64,000 nucleotides of DNA from Octopus vulgaris (lineage: Eukaryota). A program made the position numbers and the translations under genes. The stretch is from assembly GCA_951406725.2 (NCBI GenBank), contig OX597816.1, forward strand, positions 152,396,001 to 152,460,000. The letters are read 5' to 3'. The notes below the pieces were generated by a model, which was not told the DNA's origin, ran no database searches, and saw only the letters and a program-made list of their open reading frames with translations. Positions 40,001 through 49,604 of the stretch are shown one piece after another. Within the stretch, counting starts at the first letter, position 1. Each line of letters opens with the position of its first letter.

Positions 40001-43000
40001 AGTTCCTTCATTACCATGCGGATCAACCACTTCTGTTCAATGGCAGTCATGTTGCGCAAAAGGTGAAGCATTGTTTCATGTACAACATCATGTTTCTTGC
40101 TAGTATTGGAGACTGCGATATCATCCAAACATTTGTTCACATCTGAGATACTCAGGTTACCATTTTTGGGACAACGGTTCTTCAGCACATAGTAGGCTAC
40201 ACTGGCAAAATCATTGTTCTGTCAAGAAATATTAAAGTTTCATGAAGTACTTTCAGATCAAACAATTCCCATTCTAGGCAACTTACACTCATTTGAATAT
40301 AATTACCATATTTACTTGCATACAAAACCATGTTTTTTCTGGATTTTTAAACCTAAACATAGGGCTGTGCATTATACAAGAACTAAGTATGAACACCTTT
40401 TCCAGTCAAGTGTACTGAAAGGTTAAGATCACTATAATAATGTTACATTTTTTTTGATGAGAGCAGTAAAATATTTGATGTTTGATACAACAGCAGAATA
40501 TGCATCTGTAGAATCACTGTTGTCAATACTGTTGTCAATGTTCAGGATTTTTCAGTTTTTGAAAGCACTACATGAGTTACTCAGTGTGAATATTAGATTA
40601 CTTAATGATGAAAAAGAATAATACATAAATACAGTCATTATAGAAAAGTGACTATAAATTGGGAGAAAAAATAATTTTGTTCTTGAAATACTCTATTTAT
40701 TATAATGAACTACAACTATATACATTTTTGTTGAGAGAACAAACTTATTTAACAATGAAACTATTTAAGTGGAAGTGTATACAGTTTACATTATGTTCCT
40801 TATGTTCGTCTATACTGGCTGATGTCAGAGAAGACACACTTTTACAGCCTACACTGGTTAGGTTCAAAGGTCACTTTTGAATTTGTTTATTGCTTTGAGA
40901 ATAGGTAAATTTTTTTCAATGCAGTTATAATAAAACTGATTTTCTCTATATCATAGTACTAAAGAAAATGCACTATGTATTAGAGAGATATTTGTTTTTC
41001 AGGGCTCCATTATTTGCCAACAATAGTGTGCATTATACATAAGTGCACATTGTATATTAAAAAAAAATAAGGTAAATTTTGTATAGTTTGTTTTTCCTTT
41101 CCCTTTCAAGTCAGTGACAAAATATCGAAATATATTGTCTACAACAGAATTCACAACTAAAACAGTTTGTAAATTTGAAGGATTGTTTATACCACATATA
41201 TAGTTATAAGTCAAAATATGGTAACATGCACTAATAAAAGCTATAGAATGCAAATACTATATATTTTCTTTAAAAAAAGTCCAAATTTACTATATTCAAA
41301 GGAAGTCTTTAAAATGGGCTCCATCTAGTTAGTAGTAGCATCTCCACAGTATAACTTAAGGCAGTGGAAGATAAAATTTACAGTAGAAAGATAAAATTTA
41401 CAGTGGAAGATAAAATTTACAGTAGAAAAATTCATGTTGCATAGTTAAGCCAGTAGTTTACTTAACTAATAAGAAGAGTTAGAGTTAGAATGTTGTTTTC
41501 TTGACTAAGAAGGGTCAGTAGTGATGACTGATATGTCTCTTAAACTTATCAGCTGATAGGAATGATTGAGCAAACATTCAAATTGCTCTATCAAGTGTAA
41601 TGCTCATTTATTTACATTGTTTTGTATTAACCACAAATATCTTGTAACTTTAAGATTTCAATGATGTGACATTTTATTTTTAAAATGGCATTGTAGGATA
41701 GGTATGAGGGGCTGGATCTGGCCAGTTTGAATATAAAACAGATAGAATATTTAGGCCAAATACAGGTGGTTTAAATGCTAAAATGTTAAGACAGTTACTG
41801 ATATAATGTTTAGGGACAAATCATCTGTTCAACACTCAGTAGTTAGTAGATGGACACGGCAGACCTAGATGACACACAGTGGCCAGTAATTAAAAAAATT
41901 GCTGAAGGAAAATTTTCTGATATGTATTTACTTACAGCTTCTCTTTTGGTATTAAAATTTAGAAGTTTAGAAGCATCTGGACTGTTTTTCCCAAGACATA
42001 ATACTTTAATTAAAAGTTTTGCAAATGTATGCTGCAAGCAGGAGAAAAAATAAAAGATAAGTTAGTTATGAATACCATTGTTTTCAAGTCAGTCAAATCT
42101 GAAATATTATGAGTGTAAAAACATATCTGAAGAAACGCTACAGTTAATGGCATTGGTTAGTCATTGAATAACCATAAAAATTACATAGAAATTAGCAGAA
42201 ACATATTATATACAGTTAGTACTTTTATGTAATGAGACTTTGTGTATCTGACAGTGAGGTACACAAGAGTTCAGGTGGAACTTTGGTAACTGTAGTACCA
42301 ATATATGAGAGAGAGCATCATCCTCATCATTTAATGTCTGTTTTCCATGCTGGCATGGGTTGGGTGGTTTGGTAGAAGCTGGTAAGGCCAGGAGCTGCAC
42401 CAGGTTCCATTGTCTGTTTTGTCATGGTTTCTACAACTGGATGCCCTTCCTAACACCAACCACTTTACAGAGTGTACAGGGTGATTTTTATGTAGCACCA
42501 GCATGATAATGTGTGAGAGAAACTTGATATTTTATTGATAATGCTGAACCAATGACAACTGAGCGAATGCAGCAATTCAGAGTAATTTCTAAAATGTTTG
42601 ATGAAGGTGGTATGACTTCTCTATTGATCAAATAAACTGAGCTTGTGCCTTCTGAACATCTCAGTTGGATTTGAAGATGTCATTTGAAAACTGAAGAAAT
42701 AAAAATAGATGATAGAATAAACCAGTCTGAGAGGAAGATGATGCTGTTTAACCTTAGGTCAAACTTGATCAAGCAGAACTATGATCAAATGCATTTTAAT
42801 TGTGACCAGCCCATCAAATCAGTAGGCTGTAATTTAAAGGAAAATTGACTACTATTTTTAGGGTATTGAGAGAGCATGTAGATGTTCCCTCATTAACTGA
42901 GAGGCTATAAAAATTGGTAAATAAATAGTAAATAAAAATTAACTGGAATAAATCATTAGAGTGGTAATGACACAAAATACATTTCATTTTCATTTTTCAA

Positions 43001-43174
43001 ATAGGTTGTAACAAGGTTGAAGAAAATAGAAAATGAATACTTCTTTGATTCCATAAGCAACACGTTCATTTTCCAGGTGAGGAAGTAAAAGCCGCATCAC
43101 TGGGTAAAATGAATCAGTCTGAAATAAACAATATATATACATAAATAAAATACATAAATGTGTATGACTGTGTG

Positions 43175-43208
<34 letters not shown>

Positions 43209-45160
43209 ATTATCATAGTCCTCCAGGCAATAACGGAGGAATTCAAGACAGGATGCCCTTGGGAGCTCCTCTATGCTGATGACCTTGCTCTAATTGCTGA
43301 GTCGCTATCAGAACTGGAGGAGAAGTTTCAGGTGTGGAAACAAGGATTAGAATCGAAGGGCCTCAGAGTCAATCTAGCTAAAACCAAAGTAGTAATCAGT
43401 AGGAAGGTAGACAAATCACAAACGCCTTCAGGTAGATGGCCCTGCTCGATCTGTAGAAAAGGTGTAGGTAGAAACTCTATAAGATGCACCAAGTGTAAGC
43501 TATGGACACATAAGAGATGCAGCAATGTCAAAGGAAGGCTAACTAGGAAGATGGTTTTTGTATGTGGCAGATGCTCAGGAACAATAAACACTGAAAATGC
43601 TCTGAGACCAACTTCCGTCACTTTCCAGGGAGAAAAACTAGAAATAGTTGATAGTTTCCGTTACCTAGGTGACCAAGTCAGCAGCGGGGGTGGGTGTGCT
43701 GAAAGTGTAACTGCTAGAGTAAGAATAGCTTGGGCAAAGTTCAGAGAGCTCTTACCTCTGCTGGTGACAAAAGGCCTCTCGCACAGAGTGAAAGGCAGAC
43801 TGTATGATGCGTGTGTACGAACAGCCATGCTACATGGCAGTGAAACATGGGCCGTGACTGCTGAGGATATGCGTAAGCTCGCAAGAAATGAAGCCAGTAT
43901 GCTCCGATGGATGTGTAATGTCGGTATTCACACTCGGCAGAGTGTAAGTACCTTGAGAGAAAAGCTGGACCTAAGAAGCATCAGTTGTGGTGTGCAAGAG
44001 AGACGTTTGCGCTGGTATGGTCATGTGGCAAGAATGGATGAAGATAGTTGTGTGAAAAAGTGCCACACCCTAGCGGTTGAGGGAACCTGTGGAAGAGGCA
44101 GACCCATGAAAACCTGGGACGAGGTGGTGAAGCACGACCTTCGAACATTAGGTCTCACTGAGGAAATGACTAGAGACCGAGACCTCTGGAAGTGTGCTGT
44201 GCGCGAGAAGACCCGGCAGGACAAGTGAGTCCATAACCCGTGGCCTTCTACATGGGATGGAGCCAGCCTACGTATGCATACCTTCCCTTCTTGGGACACA
44301 AAACTCTACTTGTGAAGACGTGTTGAGGCAAGTGAGGATCAGAATCGAAATCGATCAATGGAAATTGTGGATGTGTTACCAGTGCCGGTGGCATGTCGAA
44401 ACTCTACTTGTGAAGACCCGTTGAGGCAAGTGAGGATCAGAATCGAAATCGATCAATGGAAATTGCAGATGTGTTACCAGTGCCGGTGGCATGTAAGAGA
44501 ACCTTCCGTTTCGCGACCGTTGCCAGCACCGCCCCATTTCGTGTCCGTTGCCAGCCTCGCCTGGCCCTCGTGTCGGTGGTACATAAAAAGCACCATCCGT
44601 TCGTGGCCGTTTGCCAGCTCTGTCTGGCACCAGTGCGGGTGGCACGTAAAAAGCACCCACTACACTCACGGAGTGGTTGGCGTTAAGAAGGGCATCCAGC
44701 TGTAGAAACACTGCCAGATTTGACTGGGCCTGACGAAGCCTTCTGGCTTCACAGACCCCAGTAAAACCGTCCAACCCATGCTAGCATGGAAAGCGGACGC
44801 TAAACGATGATGATGATGATGATGATTGTCTTTGAGAGCGGTCGAGTTCATTTTTAGTATTCTCGTTTGTGAGAGCAGTCAAGTTTATTTCAGATATTCT
44901 CATTTTAAAACTCTACGGCTAATAATAATTCTACTATAGGCATACAACCAGCAATTTTGAGGGAGGTGGCATCAACCTGTGTTCATTGACTCCTGTTCAA
45001 CTGTTACTTATTTTATTGACCCTGAAAGGATGAAAGCCAAAGTTGACCTTGGTGAAATTTGAACTCAGAATGTGAAGATGGATGAAATATCATTTTGCCC
45101 AGTGTACTAACAATTCTGTCATCTCACCGCCTTAATAATAATAATAATAATAATAATAAC

Positions 45161-45205
<45 letters not shown>

Positions 45206-45898
45206 TTGAATTCAAAACACAGAGCTGAAAGAAACGCTGCTAAACATTTCATTCACCCTGCTAATGATTTTGCCAGTTTGCTACTTTTTTAAAAAATGGG
45301 TAATAATAAGAATAACAAGATCACTCAGAGCGCAAACCTCTGCCAAGGAAATACCAACATCCTCTCAAAGATTAGCCAGAGATGATTTTTAAAATGAGAA
45401 TATCTGAAATAAACTCGACTGCTCTCACAAACAAGAATACTAGAAATGAACCTGATCACTCCCAAAAATTAAGTAAAAAAATTGGGAAAATAATCCAGAA
45501 TTCTTGTCCGGGACCAGATCAATCCCATAATCTAGTCAGTTCATGCCAGTCATGAGGTTAAACATCACTGGAAGTTTCATCCGAATCCATCCAGCGATTC
45601 TTGAAATATCTTGTCCATAGACAAACAAACAAACACAAGTGAAAACAATACCTTCATTAAGGCGGAGGTAATAAAGTTCACTGAAAATGAAACTAAATTT
45701 AAAACTTACAGTTTTCTTGCCTTTATGCAGTTCCTCATGTTTTTGTCGCCATTGATTAAGAAATAGCCTCAAATTCTGCTTCTTTTTCTCAATTCCTTGA
45801 GCTTTCTTTATTTTCTCAAGCAGACCTGTTAACTCTTCAAAATGGACTTTATCAGAAATTTTAGTCTCAACAGGTTTGTCTGTCTGAGCAACATCCAT
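18220..45898 (-). CDS. LIG4: DNA ligase IV, complete 18-exon CDS (2724 nt, 907 aa)
   Basis: complement(join 45710-45898, 43041-43118, 41936-42031, 39913-40218, 37565-37669, 35315-35421, 32456-32601, 30784-30985, 27658-27940, 26308-26472, 25798-25935, 24860-25006, 23335-23452, 21433-21565, 20982-21117, 19406-19494, 18810-18959, 18220-18355). All introns are GT-AG with compatible phases. Motifs [35 protein letters not shown] and two C-terminal BRCT-like repeats. Confidence 0.95.
18810..18959 (-). CDS. LIG4: LIG4 coding exon 17
   Basis: VYVDNKLD...[25 protein letters not shown]; AG/GT bounded. Confidence 0.88.
19406..19494 (-). CDS. LIG4: LIG4 coding exon 16
   Basis: [29 protein letters not shown]; AG/GT bounded. 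Confidence 0.85.
19601..19770. mobile_element. piggyBac-type MITE
   Basis: TTAA|CCCTTTAGCATT ... AATGCTAAAGGG|TTAA; related copy at 31175-31403. Confidence 0.8.
20650..20935 (+). mobile_element. 3' end of a CR1-type LINE with an (ATT)n tail
   Basis: catgactttaggaaacatttttt...gaagcatggaacaaactg matches the copy at 33790-34540. Confidence 0.75.
20982..21117 (-). CDS. LIG4: LIG4 coding exon 15 (inter-BRCT, XRCC4-binding region)
   Basis: [45 protein letters not shown]. Confidence 0.92.
21433..21565 (-). CDS. LIG4: LIG4 coding exon 14
   Basis: [44 protein letters not shown]. Confidence 0.9.
23335..23452 (-). CDS. LIG4: LIG4 coding exon 13 (start of BRCT1)
   Basis: [39 protein letters not shown]. 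Confidence 0.9.
24860..25006 (-). CDS. LIG4: LIG4 coding exon 12 (basic NLS-like linker)
   Basis: [49 protein letters not shown]. Confidence 0.9.
25150..25480. repeat. Degenerate ~30-bp tandem repeat
   Basis: Recurrent aatgtattctggccactaggtattttaatc-like units. Confidence 0.6.
25798..25935 (-). CDS. LIG4: LIG4 coding exon 11 (motif VI)
   Basis: [46 protein letters not shown]. Confidence 0.95.
26308..26472 (-). CDS. LIG4: LIG4 coding exon 10
   Basis: [21 protein letters not shown]...[17 protein letters not shown]. Confidence 0.95.
26825..27100 (+). mobile_element. RTE 3'UTR fragment with a (GAT)n tail
   Basis: aagcacccactacactc...aagggcatccagctgtagaaac...gttaaacggtgatgatgatg. Confidence 0.8.
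27658..27940 (-). CDS. LIG4: LIG4 coding exon 9 (motifs IV, V)
   Basis: [21 protein letters not shown]...[24 protein letters not shown]...FHSFCK. Confidence 0.97.
28670..29163 (+). mobile_element. RTE 3'UTR fragment containing a 67-bp GC-rich tandem array (~4.5 units)
   Basis: Unit starts (gcaca) at 28681, 28748, 28816, 28883 and 28950; ends in ggacgttaaacgatgatgatg. Confidence 0.85.
29374..30706 (-). mobile_element. Decayed Tc1-family transposon with ~110-bp inverted repeats
   Basis: Inverted repeats at ~29374-29490 and ~30607-30706; transposase remnants [22 protein letters not shown] and [14 protein letters not shown]. Confidence 0.88.
30784..30985 (-). CDS. LIG4: LIG4 coding exon 8 (motif IIIa)
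   Basis: [66 protein letters not shown]. Confidence 0.92.
31175..31403. mobile_element. piggyBac-type MITE
   Basis: TTAA|CCCTTTAG ... CTAAAGGG|TTAA. Confidence 0.82.
32090..32330 (-). mobile_element. tRNA-derived SINE
   Basis: Reverse complement of the 47946-48086 SINE head (cacttgcccaa..., ctgaacc..., cttaccacacag). Confidence 0.7.
32456..32601 (-). CDS. LIG4: LIG4 coding exon 7 (motif III)
   Basis: [48 protein letters not shown]. Confidence 0.95.
33790..34540 (-). mobile_element. CR1-type LINE 3' fragment, interrupted at ~34000-34180
   Basis: ORF 34166-34528 [10 protein letters not shown]...[13 protein letters not shown]...TRGH...[14 protein letters not shown] is typical of the CR1 ORF2 C-terminus; (TAA)n tail at 33790-33813. 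Confidence 0.88.
35315..35421 (-). CDS. LIG4: LIG4 coding exon 6 (active-site lysine, motif I)
   Basis: [35 protein letters not shown]. Confidence 0.97.
35990..37395 (+). mobile_element. Old RTE-type LINE 3' part with a long pyrimidine-rich UTR
   Basis: tggtttggtcatgtg...atggatgag...ataaagaagtgc resembles the RTE C-terminus; ends in an RTE-like tail gacgttaaataatgatgatg. Confidence 0.6.
37565..37669 (-). CDS. LIG4: LIG4 coding exon 5
   Basis: [35 protein letters not shown]. Confidence 0.92.
37909..38288. mobile_element. Tc1/mariner-type MITE
   Basis: TA|cactaccatcagaaattaattagcac ... gtgctaattaatttctgacgcaagtg|TA terminal inverted repeats. Confidence 0.75.
38345..38650 (-). mobile_element. 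SINE, same family as 47946-48352
   Basis: tgtttcagtcatttgactgtggccatgctggagca... and gggcttctttcagtttcc...caaatccactc. Confidence 0.7.
39155..39475 (+). mobile_element. Second tRNA-derived SINE family
   Basis: A-box-like tggctcagtggttag and B-box-like gagttcaattcc; body shared with ~35690-35940 and ~34810-34910. Confidence 0.7.
39913..40218 (-). CDS. LIG4: LIG4 coding exon 4 (DNA-binding domain)
   Basis: [16 protein letters not shown]...[19 protein letters not shown]...NNLEK. Confidence 0.96.
41362..41428. repeat. 19-bp tandem repeat (~3.5 copies)
   Basis: cagt(g/a)gaa(a)gataaaattta repeated. Confidence 0.85.
41936..42031 (-). CDS. LIG4: LIG4 coding exon 3
   Basis: [32 protein letters not shown]. 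Confidence 0.92.
43041..43118 (-). CDS. LIG4: LIG4 coding exon 2
   Basis: [26 protein letters not shown]. Confidence 0.95.
43211..44826 (+). mobile_element. Young 5'-truncated RTE-clade LINE (RT C-terminal half, 3'UTR, (GAT)n tail)
   Basis: Uninterrupted ORF to 44228 with LLYADDL, FRYLG and RLRWYGHV; a 98-bp tandem duplication in the UTR (44301/44399); antisense to LIG4 in the intron after coding exon 1. Confidence 0.93.
45133..45204. repeat. (AAT)n microsatellite
   Basis: Directly visible. Confidence 0.95.
45312..45673 (-). mobile_element. Helentron-associated (HINE/DINE-like) non-autonomous element
   Basis: Minus-strand end ttattacctccgcc with the subterminal inverted partner acctctgcc at ~45336. 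Confidence 0.5.
45710..45898 (-). CDS. LIG4: LIG4 first coding exon
   Basis: [32 protein letters not shown]...[16 protein letters not shown]; donor gtaagt at 45709; acceptor tttccag just upstream (exon starts at 45914). Confidence 0.9.
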
Positions 45899-46454
45899 AG
45901 TAATAAGGTTTAAGCTGGAAACAGAAAGATGAAAGACTGTCATCCAGAATGTGACCATCAAGAATGATTTATTGGTCCCTCAACGTCAAGGAAATAATCA
46001 ACCTGGTGCAGCTCTTTGCCTTACTATTCCTAGTTAAATCGTCTTACCCATGCTAGCATAGAAAACAGATGCTAAATGATGATGATTATCAGCTTTTTGG
46101 AGACAACCTACTTCAATGAATTTCATCCAAACAAAGAAAAGTGGACATTAAAACAATGATCATATATATATATATGCTTTAGATATTTTTGCATTCTAAT
46201 TGTGCTTGGGTTGCTGTTACTTTTGCTCTTCATAAGTACCAGTAATATACTTGCATCACATCATTCAACCCCTTTAAAAAAATTTGTGCTCTAAGCGAAG
46301 AGTGGAAGAGAATACTCTTTCATAATTCTGTTGGAGTTGAACATGTAAATACCACTGGCACATCAACACTCACCACTTCATCTATCGAAAAAGCCTGCTT
46401 AACCTCGACCTCACACAAAAAGTCTATTAAATATATAAAAGTATGAACAGGCTC

Positions 46455-48094
46455 AGGTGAGGCTGTGTGGTAAGAAGCTTACTTCCCGTGCATGCGTCGG
46501 TCTATTCGCTGTATTGATTTTTGATGAGACGGATGGAATTTTTTGAGCTGCTTGGCAGCAGTTTGTTGGTGAGTGTCATACCGGTGGAAAGGAATGTATT
46601 CGGACCTTAGCGAGTATGAGCTGTCCTCAGTGGAGGAGGTGCTCATTAAGGCGGTAAATAGAATGGATGAGCATTTGGAAAGAGTAAAGAGTTTTGCTGA
46701 AGCTGCAGAGGTGAAGAAAAGGGAAGTGGACCTAGCCGGACTGAAGGAGCTGCGTAAGATGACACAGAAGGTGGGGTTATGGTAAATATGGAAAAGAAGA
46801 CCATTACCTACAAGGTGTACTCAGTGGAGAGTAGGAAGATGGAGCAGATGGAGATGGAAAAAGTAGAAAAAAGCATTGAAGGGGCTTTCGAAGGAAGTGA
46901 CATATATAATGAAAGGAAATGGATATGGGACGATGGTTGTCCAGTTAAGGACAGCAGAGGAGGCAAAGAGGCTGGTGAGTACAATGGTGAGAATGGAGGA
47001 AGTAGTACTTCTAGCCACATACCTTGGAAGAAAGACTTCTAATGTGAGGGTAGAAGGAATTCCACCCGATATAGAAGTGGCTTGGGTTACAGCAGCTGTC
47101 CTCATTGGTAGTGAGGAGGAGGTGGCTGCCCTCCACGCCACAGAGATGGAGGAAGGAGGATATAGAGGAAAAACATTGGAAATCATCATACAAGTGGAAG
47201 TGAAGCACATAGAAAATTTGATGGAGACAGTGACGGGAGAAATAGTATTGAGAATATGGGTAGAGGGCAGAATTCTGCGATGCTTTAAATGTTGCCAAAA
47301 AGGCCACATTAGAGCTCACTGCCCTCTACAGAGGAAAACGACAGAAGAAGCGTTGCTGAAGACGGAGGAGAAAAAAGAAGTACAGATAGATGGAAGGAAC
47401 AAGGAGGACGAATGGACAGTGACAGAGAATAAAAGGAAAAAGAGAAAGAAGAGGAAGAACAGTCAGTGTGATGTGGGACCCCAGACCAACTCCATTCCAC
47501 CCAAGACCACTCAGACCCACCTTCCCCATACAGACACCAAACCCACCCACCCCCTCTCCCTACTTGAAAAAAAAAAAGAAGATAGTACAGGCACCACAAA
47601 ATTTACAAGACCCCTCCCCCAGTGAAAAAGGTTACGTGTACATGGAAGAGAGAGTGTTGTCACTCAGTGATGGGGAAAACGGTAAACCAAAGACTAGATT
47701 AAAGACTAAAGAAGACTCGGGACTCAGAGGTGGCGAGTGGTGTTACTCAGTGTGGGGTGAGTAACACACTTTTCATATTCTCATTTCTCAGTAGTATCAT
47801 GATTCTAATATTTTGATTTTAATGTTTTTCATGTTCAGTTTCATGTCATTCATAGCATCATATTTTATTTTAATTGTTATATGTACCCACATGTGTTGTA
47901 GTGTTACCCTCTATGTAATGCCTTTATGGCAATTTAAAAGAAATAAAGAAGCTTGCTTCCCAACCACATGGTTCCGGGTTCAGTCCCCCTGCGTGGCACC
48001 TTGGGCAAGTGTCTTCTACTATAGCCTCGGGCCGACCAAAGCCTTGTGAATGGATTTGGTGGACGGAAACTGAAAGAAGCCCGTCGTGTGTATG

Positions 48095-48145
<51 letters not shown>

Positions 48146-48352
48146 CTTTGCGTTTGTGTTTGTCCCTGCCACTCCCGCTTGACAACAGATGTTAGTGTGT
48201 GTTTACGTCTCCGTAACTTAGTGGTTCAGCAAAAGTGAGCGATAGAATAAGTACCAGGCTTACAGAGAATAAGTCCTGGAGTCGAGTTCTACGACTAAAA
48301 GGCGGTGCTCCAGTATGGCCGGAGTCAAACGACTGAAAGAAATAAAAGAATA
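46455..48352 (+). mobile_element. tRNA-derived SINE split by the 46488-47945 insertion
   Basis: Head ggctgtgtggtaagaagctt (46461-46487) resumes at 47946 with B-box ggttcagtcc, an internal microsatellite and an A-rich tail. Confidence 0.8.
46488..47945 (+). mobile_element. ORF1/gag-only non-LTR retroelement (HAL1-like) inserted into a SINE with a 16-bp TSD
   Basis: TSD aagaagctt(a/g)cttccc at 46472-46487 and 47946-47961; frameshifted ORF with the CCHC knuckle CFKCCQKGHIRAHC; 3' end aaataaa; no RT visible. Confidence 0.8.
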
Positions 48353-48733
48353 AAAATTCCAAGTTCATATTATAAAAAAGTCAAGGAAGTGGAGAGTAGA
48401 TCGGATTTGGGAATATGAAAAGGAAGAAAAAATCCAAAACTTTTGATTTTACAATATGTCAAAATTCCATAGAAAAAAACTTACATATCATAAATGATTA
48501 TACTTAAATCACTATCTACTAAATGTATTGTTTATCTAACTTCCCAGATAATGCTGTGCACATAATGTACTTCCTTGTTTAATAAAACATGAAACCATAC
48601 GAAAGTTTGTTTTCTTTACCTTAAATTTATTTCATAAAACTGGGTGTGTATATCAAGCAATAAGTCCTGGTTAGAATGAAACACATTCCTAAAGGTGAAA
48701 TAAGGAAGGAATTGCAACGTCAAGACAGAATGT

Positions 48734-49129
48734 TCAAACTTTGCTGAGGATACATAGGCATACACCCAGAACAATAAGTAACATGCCAGATAGCGATCGA
48801 CGTGGAATTTTTTCTCCGAGAAAATAACCTGTTAAGACTGTAAAGACAAATGTGAGGGAATTGGTTAAAGGTACGGCAATAGAAAGATCAGCCGAAGCGA
48901 GAGTTAAATAGAATAAAACAGAGCCGCACTGATTAATTAGGAAAGCCGCTACATACTTCAAACGAAATACTAGAAACAACAGCTCGGACTTTAGCTGTAA
49001 AATGGTGTTTTGCTCTTTTATGTTCTCAATACCAGCACTTGTTTTCTTTAGAATAGGGTTAGTGCATCCCCATATTACTGATACTAACACTAGCCAAAAA
49101 ACACTTATTAAGGTATCCGAGTAAGTCAT
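48734..49129 (-). CDS. TMEM234: Transmembrane protein 234 (EamA/DMT-like), intronless CDS
   Basis: 131 aa with LVLVSVIWGCTNPILKK, FLINQCGSVLFYLTLASADLSIAVPLTNSL and LGEKI, typical of TMEM234; probable 88-nt 5'UTR intron at 49149-49236. Confidence 0.93.
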   Translation of the reverse strand: MTYSDTLISVFWLVLVSVIWGCTNPILKKTSAGIENIKEQNTILQLKSELLFLVFRLKYVAAFLINQCGSVLFYLTLASADLSIAVPLTNSLTFVFTVLTGYFLGEKIPRRSLSGMLLIVLGVCLCILSKV

Positions 49130-49237
49130 TGGAAATTAATTTAGAAATCTGGGAATAAAAACAATAAAAGAAGGGAGTTAACTGCCGGTGACAAGCCAGA
49201 ACTTGTTTTCTATACAAATAATGTAAATCAGTTTACC

Positions 49238-49474
49238 TTTACTTCGTTTATCTTGCTTCGTTCACACACAAGTTAATTGCTGATAGCGAGCTGCCAGTTT
49301 ATAACTAAATAAATGGTATTTTCACAATAATAACGTTGATTAGATTTTATAACTTATAACCACATTTTTTCGATTTATATTAATTTTCTAATTAACCAAT
49401 CTTGAGTGAGGAAGGCGCGGGGAGGTTACGCAGTGAAGTTCAGGGAGACAACTTCTTCAGCATCCGGTCTCACA
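49238..49474. promoter_or_regulatory. Probable bidirectional promoter and 5'UTRs (TMEM234/LIG4 versus NDUFA6)
   Basis: Head-to-head genes with ATGs 346 bp apart; CCAAT at 49396-49400; local CpG enrichment. Confidence 0.6.
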
Positions 49475-49604
49475 ATGGCTGCTTCACGCGCTTCGGTTCA
49501 GGGTATGAAGCTTGTGAAACCCATACTCTCTGTCGACAGCACCGAAGCTCGGAGAAGGGTCCTAAATTTATACAAGGCGTGGTATAGACATTTACCGTAC
49601 TTAG
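49475..49604 (+). CDS. NDUFA6: NADH dehydrogenase 1 alpha subcomplex subunit 6 (LYR family), exon 1
   Basis: [43 protein letters not shown]; donor G|gtaagg. Confidence 0.95.

Noticed and set aside
43158-44228. 356-aa ORF as a host gene
   Set aside because: It is a 5'-truncated RTE reverse transcriptase whose apparent start lies in a microsatellite.
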